A stretch of DNA of 20,000 nt from Priapulus caudatus (taxonomy: Eukaryota). Where the stretch lies: positions 708,239 to 728,238 of the forward strand of contig NW_014577069.1 in NCBI RefSeq assembly GCF_000485595.1, given 5' to 3'. A model generated the notes under the pieces. That model did not search any database and had not been told where the DNA came from. It was given only the letters and a program-made list of their open reading frames with translations. The position numbers were made by a program, and so were the translations under genes. This document shows positions 12,043 through 20,000 of this stretch, one piece after another (position 1 is the first letter of the stretch; every line of letters starts with the position of its first letter).

Positions 12043-12687
12043 TCCTCGGTGTATTTTCGTCGATGATGTGCTGTCGACAGTTTCGCCCGCCGCTCGCTGC
12101 GAGCTGCAGATCACGACAAGGGTACACTTTTATCAGCATTGTCTGTGTGTTCGAGACAGAGGCCTTCTATAACTAACGAGGAGACGGAGTACTAGACAGA
12201 CGCACTAATAACGCATGCAAGCGTCCGGAGAAAGACGATCGCGTTCAAACTCGTAGCACGTAAACGTCTAGTTTTGTACGTCGACGAATGACATTTTGTT
12301 GCCGCAGTAATATATTATTTATTCGTATACGAGCACGCCTGTCGTATTTCTTCTAACCGTTTCTGTAGCGAATATGTTCTTCTATTTATTAACACAAATA
12401 CACTTTATTATAAATCTACTAACTGCAACTACTGCAGTTACCTATCACAATCCCATGAATGTTTGTAATTATACTATATGTGGATTATCACAGATTAATC
12501 GTGTCTAATAACAAGTATCAGTATTTCCAGTATGACTCAGTAAATAAATAAATAAGTAATTGAAGTTTAAAAATAAGCAAAATCACGTTAATTATTGAAG
12601 ATTGTACTAAATGATTAGCTACCAATTATAACTACAGTCTTACGTAGGCTGTATTTCTTGAATCGCCGTTATAGTTCCCCATTACCC

Positions 12688-12736
<49 letters not shown>

Positions 12737-13673
12737 NNNNNNNNNNNNNNNNNNNNNNNNNNNNNNNNNNNNNNNNNNNNNNNNNNNNNNNNNNNNNNNN
12801 NNNNNNNNNNNNNNNNNNNNNNNNNNNNNNNNNNNNNNNNNNNNNNNNNNNNNNNNNNNNNNNNNNNNNNNNNNNNNNNNNNNNNNNNNNNNNNNNNNNN
12901 NNNNNNNNNNNNNNNNNNNNNNNNNNNNNNNNNNNNNNNNNNNNNNNNNNNNNNNNNNNNNNNNNNNNNNNNNNNNNNNNNNNNNNNNNNNNNNNNNNNN
13001 NNNNNNNNNNNNNNNNNNNNNNNNNNNNNNNNNNNNNNNNNNNNNNNNNNNNNNNNNNNNNNNNNNNNNNNNNNNNNNNNNNNNNNNNNNNNNNNNNNNN
13101 NNNNNNNNNNNNNNNNNNNNNNNNNNNNNNNNNNNNNNNNNNNNNNNNNNNNNNNNNNNNNNNNNNNNNNNNNNNNNNNNNNNNNNNNNNNNNNNNNNNN
13201 NNNNNNNNNNNNNNNNNNNNNNNNNNNNNNNNNNNNNNNNNNNNNNNNNNNNNNNNNNNNNNNNNNNNNNNNNNNNNNNNNNNNNNNNNNNNNNNNNNNN
13301 NNNNNNNNNNNNNNNNNNNNNNNNNNNNNNNNNNNNNNNNNNNNNNNNNNNNNNNNNNNNNNNNNNNNNNNNNNNNNNNNNNNNNNNNNNNNNNNNNNNN
13401 NNNNNNNNNNNNNNNNNNNNNNNNNNNNNNNNNNNNNNNNNNNNNNNNNNNNNNNNNNNNNNNNNNNNNNNNNNNNNNNNNNNNNNNNNNNNNNNNNNNN
13501 NNNNNNNNNNNNNNNNNNNNNNNNNNNNNNNNNNNNNNNNNNNNNNNNNNNNNNNNNNNNNNNNNNNNNNNNNNNNNNNNNNNNNNNNNNNNNNNNNNNN
13601 NNNNNNNNNNNNNNNNNNNNNNNNNNNNNNNNNNNNNNNNNNNNNNNNNNNNNNNNNNNNNNNNNNNNNNNNN
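12737..13673. other. Assembly gap (937 N)
   Basis: Run of N flanked by (CA)n and (CT)n. Confidence 0.99.
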
Positions 13674-13687
13674 ATCTCCCCTCTTTC

Positions 13688-13782
<95 letters not shown>

Positions 13783-14140
13783 ATTCCTCGGTGTCCTTTC
13801 GTCGATGATGTGCTGTCGACAGTTTCGCCCGCCGCTCGCTGCGAGCTGCAGATCACGACAAGGGCAGCTCGTTTGTGGGCGAGCTCAAAATATTTCGGGT
13901 TGTTTTTCGCACTCGTAATGGGGTGCAGCTCAGTCAATAAGCCGGCATCCTGCGGCATCGCGGCAGATAATGAATGCGCCTCCCCCGACGTATTGTCCAC
14001 CTCTTGCTGACCGTTGTCCGTCGCGCAATGTGCACACAATGCTTGCGTAAGGCATTGTATGTTTGGGGAGGGGTAGTGCATAGACGCGGCCGGCGGGGAT
14101 CCTGTTCGCCGCTGCGCCACCATTGAAGCCCGTGCTGACT

Positions 14141-14149
14141 AGCCAATCC
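14141..14149 (+). promoter_or_regulatory. Possible CCAAT (NF-Y) box upstream of eomes
   Basis: AGCCAATCC about 245 nt upstream of the ATG in a GC-rich region. Motif match only. Confidence 0.3.
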
Positions 14150-14386
14150 CGATAGCCCGCCATTCAGCACAAGTGCAAATAGTTTGTGCTGTGTCAGCGT
14201 GCTGTGTAGCCAGGTGAGCCAGACAGAAGTTGACCACGGTAAGAGGTACATTTTTCTTCTCTCTCGGCGCTGCCCAGTGGCATCCGGCGGCAGCGTGGAC
14301 CCCCTGCAAGATTCCTCTCGACAACCCCCGTGTATGAGATAGATATATTCGTAGTCGTCGTCATCGTCGTCGTGTGAAACTTCATA

Positions 14387-14907
14387 ATGCTGCACCAGCA
14401 TCAGATATCTCCCTGCTCCGAGCAGAGCTACGGATACTCGCAGTACGGAGACCCGGACGCCGGCGGCGGTTACTACAAGGATGTTTACACGGTAACGCCG
14501 ACGGCAAGTCCCGTAGGCACGGGAGAGCACACGCCGATGCCGGAACCTTCTCCAGGTTACTTCTACCCGTATCAGGAGGTAAAACCCGAACCGGGACAAC
14601 TCGTGTATAAACAGTACGGCGATTCCGGACAGTCGGTTTACAACGGGCCGTCGCAGTATACCCCTTCCGAACAGGAGAGTCCGTACGGACCGAGTGTTGG
14701 GGTCGTAGCAGGAGGAGGAGGCGGCGGTGGCATCGGAGGGGGAGGAGAAGGAGGAGGAGGGTTCTCTCTTCCCGGTCAGAGCAGCGGTCGCATGACGCAT
14801 GCGATGCAAACGCAGCCGGGGAAGGTTTGCGTCCAGCTGGTCAATCGCGAGCTTTGGTTGAAGTTCCACGAACACACGACTGAGATGATCATCACGAAAC
14901 AAGGACG
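14387..14907 (+). CDS. eomes: Eomesodermin/T-brain T-box transcription factor, coding exon 1 (Y/P/Q/G-rich N-terminus and start of T-box: [29 protein letters not shown])
   Basis: ATG with A at -3 and an in-frame TGA at 14375-14377. [16 protein letters not shown] is characteristic of Eomes/Tbr1/Tbx21. Donor CG|GTAAAT at 14908, phase 2. Confidence 0.92.
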
Positions 14908-15364
14908 GTAAATATGCCATCGTACTATTAACGAAATATGAAACATCTCATTTAAAAATCGAAACAAGGACGGTAACTATGCATACGTTCTAGTAACGAC
15001 TGTATAACAAACGTAAATATGAAACATCTCATTTAAAAATCGAAACAAGGACGGTAACTATGCATACGTTCTAGTAACGACTGTATAACAAACGTAAATA
15101 TGAAACATCTCATTTAAAAAATCGAAACAAAGACGGTAAATATGCCATCGTATTATTAACGAATGCAACGAACGGAAATATGAAATATTTTCATTTAAAA
15201 ATCGAAACAAGGACGGTAAGAACTCATCAGATACGTTTTAAAAACCCGACTCGTATTAATCGAACCCGAAAATATGAAACATTTTTATTTACAAAATCGA
15301 AACAAGGGCGGTAAATATGCTAACGTACTTTTATTATCGAACGTAAACATGAAACATCTCATTT
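14895..15364 (+). repeat. Degenerate tandem repeat (6 copies, 65-95 bp period) spanning the eomes exon1/intron1 junction
   Basis: CGAAACAAGGACGGTAA (or 1-mismatch variants) at 14895, 14960, 15041, 15123, 15203 and 15298. Copies 2-6 are preceded by ATATGAAACATCTCATTTAAAAAT-like sequence. Confidence 0.93.
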
Positions 15365-16659
15365 GCGCTCGCGATTCCTCACTTCCGGTGTCGAAGTATT
15401 GGTTAGATTTAACGATTATTAAACTCGTCGGTCTCTGTTTTGTTATTATGATATTATAGCGGCATGATCATGTAGAAATATCTCATGTTTCATAATATTA
15501 CTTTTAAACTACAGTGGTCTTAATTAGTTCTCGTTGAAAGGTGGCGCACACCCAGCGCAACACGGCATTGCCGCTTTGCTATGTCTCGTGTATTTGTGTC
15601 CGTTAGCTTTGTCGTAGATAATTATCACAGAGTCAGTGCTTGCTATTTTACTTATTATCATATTATTTATTATTATATTTATATTATATTATTTTATTTA
15701 TATTATTATAATATTATTTATTATCACATATTTTTTATCACTTAATTATACTTACAAGAAACATGTGATTTTCTCATAGTTTTAGGGGAACATGCATGCG
15801 CTTGGTTGCGAATACTCCACGCTAGCTTGATTAAGGTGGCACGCACACATGTATAATTGCTGCACGGCGGAACTGGTTTACGGCCGGCGTGGGTTGTTTG
15901 TGTGGGATCGGTTACAAGTTACGTACCCGCCTCCGTTTCTCACTCTCGTTGACGCCTCGTTAACTAGAATTACATGCGCTCATTGCTACCCACCACCCGC
16001 AACCAGAGGCGGTCACGATGATACCTACTATCGCGTGACACAGCACACTGACTGATTATTAAAACTACTCACTATTATTAATGATTGAGTATTTATATCG
16101 GACACGGGGTGCAATGATAGCTTACGTAATCTAAGCTGGTTGGTCGGTATTTATTATTTTCTTCATTCTATGCGATATAGCATTGTATTATATATATATA
16201 TTTATTTATTTATTTAAATAATACGAAAAATACGAGCCGGCTAACATCAGGCAATTGTAACCAGATTCCTTATTATTCAGCAGATGCAAGATATTTTGTC
16301 ACGCTTACGGTTAAACCATTTGAGGTTGACTATGCACTATATGATACTATATATGACATTATATCATATGTGAGTCGGATAAAAAAAAAAGTCTGACAGA
16401 TTTCACAATAAGACACGAGTTATTCTAGATACAGGCTTTACAATTATTAACGCTTTGCCGTTGTTTATAGCCGAGATAGTTTCCTTTAATAAATTATGCC
16501 AATAGAGAAGGGGAAAGCACGCGCGAAAGAGAGGGGGGAGTATAAGAGTATAAGTAGGAAGGATGAGAGGAAAATCTAATATAGAGACAGTCAGTGTGCG
16601 CGAGAAAGACCGCGAAGGAAGAAGGAGAGAGGGAGCGACAGCAGGTTTGTGAGCGCGCG

Positions 16660-17054
16660 CGTGTGTGTTTGTGAGAGGGTGGCGGGAGAGAGTGTGCGCG
16701 TGTGTTTGCGAGAGGGTGGTGGGAGAGAGTGTGCGCGTGTGTTGTGAGAGGGTGGTGGGAGAGAGTGTGCGCGTGTGTTTGTGAGAGGGTGGTGGGAGAA
16801 AGTGTGCGCGTGTGTTTGTGAGAGGGGAGGGTGGGAGAGAGTGTGCGCGGGTGTTTGTGAGAGGGGTGGGTAGGGAGAAAGTGAGCGCGTGTGTTTGTGA
16901 GAGGGGTGGGTAGGGAGAGAGTGTGCGCGTGTGTTTGTGAGAGGGGTGGGTGGGGAGAGAGTGTGCGCGTGTGTTTGTGAGAGGGGTGGGTGGGGAGAGA
17001 GTGTGCGCGTGTGTTTGCGAGAGGGGTTGGTGGGGAGAGAGTGTGCGCGTGTGC
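16660..17054 (+). repeat. G-rich minisatellite, about 10 units of 36-40 bp (GTGTGTTTGTGAGAGGGGTGGGTGGGGAGAGAGTGTGCGC)
   Basis: Tandem units visible directly. Explains the repetitive 227-aa minus-strand ORF. Confidence 0.95.
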
Positions 17055-18833
17055 GGCGTGGGGGGGTGATGATGATCCGCAGACATGAAGGCAGATTAAA
17101 TGTGATCTTTTATGGAAATGTAAATAACGCTATACGCTAACGCCATAGCGGAAAGCGTAGATCCATATATTAGGCAAGCATTATGTATACATCTCGTAGA
17201 GTTATTTCTATATAATTGTCTCGCTTATCTATATCAAGGCATAATGAACTATATACCGCGACTTTCCTTGATATGACGACATTCTAAAACGCACAAACTC
17301 TTGATATATTTACGGCCGATAAGCAATTTCGGAGAAATTATGAAAACAACACCCGAACTTGATTTTAAATAAGCACAGACGAAACATTCGCTTCGTTCGT
17401 TTTTCTCTACCAGTTAAAGGGGCTATATCATCGAAAATTGTACTAGCATTCTTTGACACTATAAACTGCTAAAATATGTAATATATAATAATATCTAATG
17501 TTTAATATTTCAGCGTTTTGTTAATTTTTATGATAAGGTTGTTTTCAACACCTCTCATATAGAGAGAAATTGCAACGCGTACATTAGCTCAAACTATCTA
17601 GAATGTTTTTATATTCCAGTCATTCCAGCCACAATGTTACCAGTCATGAGATTGTACGTGAAATGTGACATGCTAATAATAAGATATAAATACCGGACCT
17701 ATACAGTTTGTACCATTAAGATTCTAGCAGACATCGGAGTGTATAAGCGGCGTACGCGTTTGACCGCGTACGTTTCCGAGATAAACTAGAGAGGCAAAGC
17801 AAAATCAACGTTTGTTCGTTGCGAGGCGCTTAATTGCCGCTCTGAACAAATTGCATCGCGCGTGTAATCGTTTCACTGTCGGCATTGTCCGCTAGATCAA
17901 CCCCGCTAAGCGAACACCTGCATCGCAACCCATTGCCTTCGCCGTGCCCTGCCCTGCGTCACGACCCATTGCTCGTAGTTGACACCGCAATCGGCGGCCC
18001 AACCGGTCCGCACCGCAGATGTCCCGCGTTGTTTGAGTGGGGGATAGTCGCGAGGCATTCAGCCGCCAATCAACGCCACAAATGCGTAACTTACGCGCCG
18101 CGGGAAAACAAGAGAGAGGGCCGCGGAGGAAAACAAGAGAGAGGGCCGCGAAGGGGGGGGGGCGGTGGCACGAAAAAAAGGGCGAGTGTAAACAGCGTGG
18201 CTGTTGTCGGACCTGCGTCAACGTCGTCGTCCGCGTCGTTGGAGGTGGTGGCGGACACGTGCGGCAGTGGTCAGCATTGTTGGCACGTTCGTTAGCGACC
18301 AATTCATTCTCCCCCCCCCCACCACCCTCATTCAGACACGGTGCCGATTTTCGGCTCGATTTGCAATATTGTGGTCCTGCAGCCGCGGGGGGACGCGCAC
18401 ATACGGAATATGAGTTACAGGGGCAATCATTCGATTCGGCGTTCACCACTGCGTGCATTTCTGCGATTCACGAAATACGAGAAATATACAGCTGTTGCTA
18501 GAAATATAATATAGCCGCGACAAACGATACAACTCATAATATTATCGACATTAAAACAACGCCCCCGCCCCTACCCACGCGGCGCCGCAGTATGAAGGGG
18601 AAACCTTGACAATATTTGCGTTGTCTCCATGTATCTTGCACCCCACACCCATCTACACGTTTGACTTTATAATGTACTGGCGCAAATAATTCTGAACAAT
18701 TGTGGCTAATACTTCAATAATTAGCCGTTTACTCGATTTATCGAGAGCTGTGGTTTCTTTACCCACAAACAAACGCGCCACTATGAGAGATGTAAATCTC
18801 TCATTTACTCATAACATATTTCTTTACTTATAG

Positions 18834-18988
18834 GAGAATGTTTCCGACACTGGCGTTCAACGTCACTGGCTTAGATCCGCATTGTCAGTACAACGTGTTC
18901 GTTGATATGGTTTTGGCCGATCCGAACCATTGGAAGTTCCAGACGGGCAAGTGGGTGCCGTGCGGGCAGGCCGAGCAACTTCATCAGA
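18834..18988 (+). CDS. eomes: Eomes/T-brain coding exon 2: [51 protein letters not shown]
   Basis: Acceptor tttctttacttatAG (18832-18833), donor GTAAGT at 18989. 155 nt. [21 protein letters not shown] matches the Tbr1 subfamily. Confidence 0.96.
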
Positions 18989-19159
18989 GTAAGTTGATAG
19001 TAAAAAAAAAAGATAAATTGAGTCAATAATAAACGTGATAATAGAAATAGCGTATTTATATATATATAAATAGCGAATATATATATGAATATATTTATTT
19101 ATCATATAGACGCGCGAACATTTGCGTTGCTGGGGAGTGTGGAAGCATATCGTTGCTCA

Positions 19160-19412
19160 TTAGCTCTATCAGTGTAGCCCCTTGGTTCCCTCTTACCCCT
19201 TACCTAACGGGAGCGAGGGGGCTACACTGATAGAGCCCCTAAGCGTTCTCTCCCCCTTATCTGTAGCGGAAGCAAAGAATCTACACTCGTAGAGCCCCTA
19301 AGCTCTCTCCCTTTACTTGTAACGGGAGCGAAGGGGTTACACTGGTAGCGCCCATAAGCGCTCTCTCCCCCTTATCTGTAGCGGGAGCGAAGGGGTTGCA
19401 TACTGGCAGAAC
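19160..19412. repeat. Four ~56-59 bp tandem units preceded by an inverted partial copy (hairpin 19163-19236)
   Basis: Units start CCC(C/T)TTA at about 19196, 19253, 19309 and 19368. GCTCTATCAGTGTAGCCCC (19163-19181) is the exact reverse complement of 19218-19236. Confidence 0.88.
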
Positions 19413-19458
19413 TATAGTTGCTCACGTGCCCGTTGTAATCGACTTTTCTGTTGGATAG

Positions 19459-19577
19459 ATGGAAGAGTTTACCTGCATCCGGACTCGCCGAACAGCGGCA
19501 CGCATTGGATGCGACAGGACATTGTATTCAGCAAACTGAAACTCACCAATAATAAGGCGTGCAACCAACAAGGACAC
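19459..19577 (+). CDS. eomes: Eomes/T-brain coding exon 3: (N)[39 protein letters not shown]
   Basis: Not in the ORF track; read by hand. Acceptor tAG (19457-19458), donor GTACGT at 19578, phase 1 in and phase 0 out. HPDSP..G.HWMRQ...[10 protein letters not shown]-box motif. Confidence 0.96.
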
Positions 19578-20000
19578 GTACGTGGGTTTGCGTATTATTT
19601 ATTACACATTACCACAATCGTTCCGCGTTACGCACCCGCCGCTCTTTAAATGCCATTGGGAAATGTTATATGAAAGGTCGCGTAGTCTAGACAAGTGGCA
19701 AGATATAGTATTTGTACCGTACGCCCGCTGTTAACAGCAGCGATACGTCTCAAAGAATAGCTTGACTCTATTATTAAGCTAGTTCTAAGATGAATGACAC
19801 ACACACACACACACATACGTACAGACACAAACACACGTACACACATGCACACACGGGAAAGCGGTCAGGACGTCCCCATGCAGGTGTGTCGGGCGCTCGG
19901 CGTCTCTCTGCAACACGCGCCATCACGAATTCGTTACGATGGCACGGCGCGGCTCACGAGACACACACACACAACACACCACGCCACACACACACAGCAC

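Noticed and set aside
12658..14123. 450-aa and 484-aa ORFs
   Set aside because: They are open only because they run through the 937-N gap.
13934..14920. 328-aa minus-strand ORF (likewise 8057-8640 on the minus strand)
   Set aside because: Antisense shadows of GC-rich coding exons with no recognisable domain.
14895..15364. CRISPR-like look (~40 bp conserved block with variable intervening sequence)
   Set aside because: The intervening segments are related or identical to each other, the block includes exon sequence and a splice donor, the context is a eukaryotic intron, and no cas genes are present.
16403..17086. 227-aa repetitive minus-strand ORF
   Set aside because: It is the translation of the G-rich minisatellite.
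19860..20000. Possible eomes exon 4 after cAG at about 19883
   Set aside because: No frame gives the expected LNSMHKYQPR-type motif, and the sequence looks low quality. Exon 4 is probably beyond the window.

Overview
Eukaryotic (animal, most likely invertebrate) genomic DNA from a draft assembly: microsatellite-rich, with N gaps at 642-666 and 12737-13673 and several error-looking stretches. Two intron-containing genes lie in tandem on the + strand. (1) The 3' part of a type-C leucine-rich-repeat GPCR (GRL101/relaxin-receptor-like): three single-LRR exons, a hinge/TM1 exon, a damaged TM2-TM3 exon, a TM7 exon and a C-tail exon (stop at 8585). TM4-TM6 are not found, and a (GT)n run sits where they should start. 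(2) The first three coding exons of an Eomesodermin/T-brain (Tbr1-subfamily) T-box gene (ATG 14387), which continues past the window. Most interesting non-coding observations: a candidate Penelope-type minimal hammerhead ribozyme in a ~150 bp insert between (TA)n runs in a GPCR intron; a six-copy tandem repeat that multiplies the eomes exon-1 splice donor; a hairpin-capped tandem-repeat insert in eomes intron 2; a ~1.4 kb tandem duplication upstream of eomes; and a Sox-motif cluster. Most ORFs in the supplied track are microsatellite artefacts. Nothing here is demonstrably a new biological system; these are candidates for testing.
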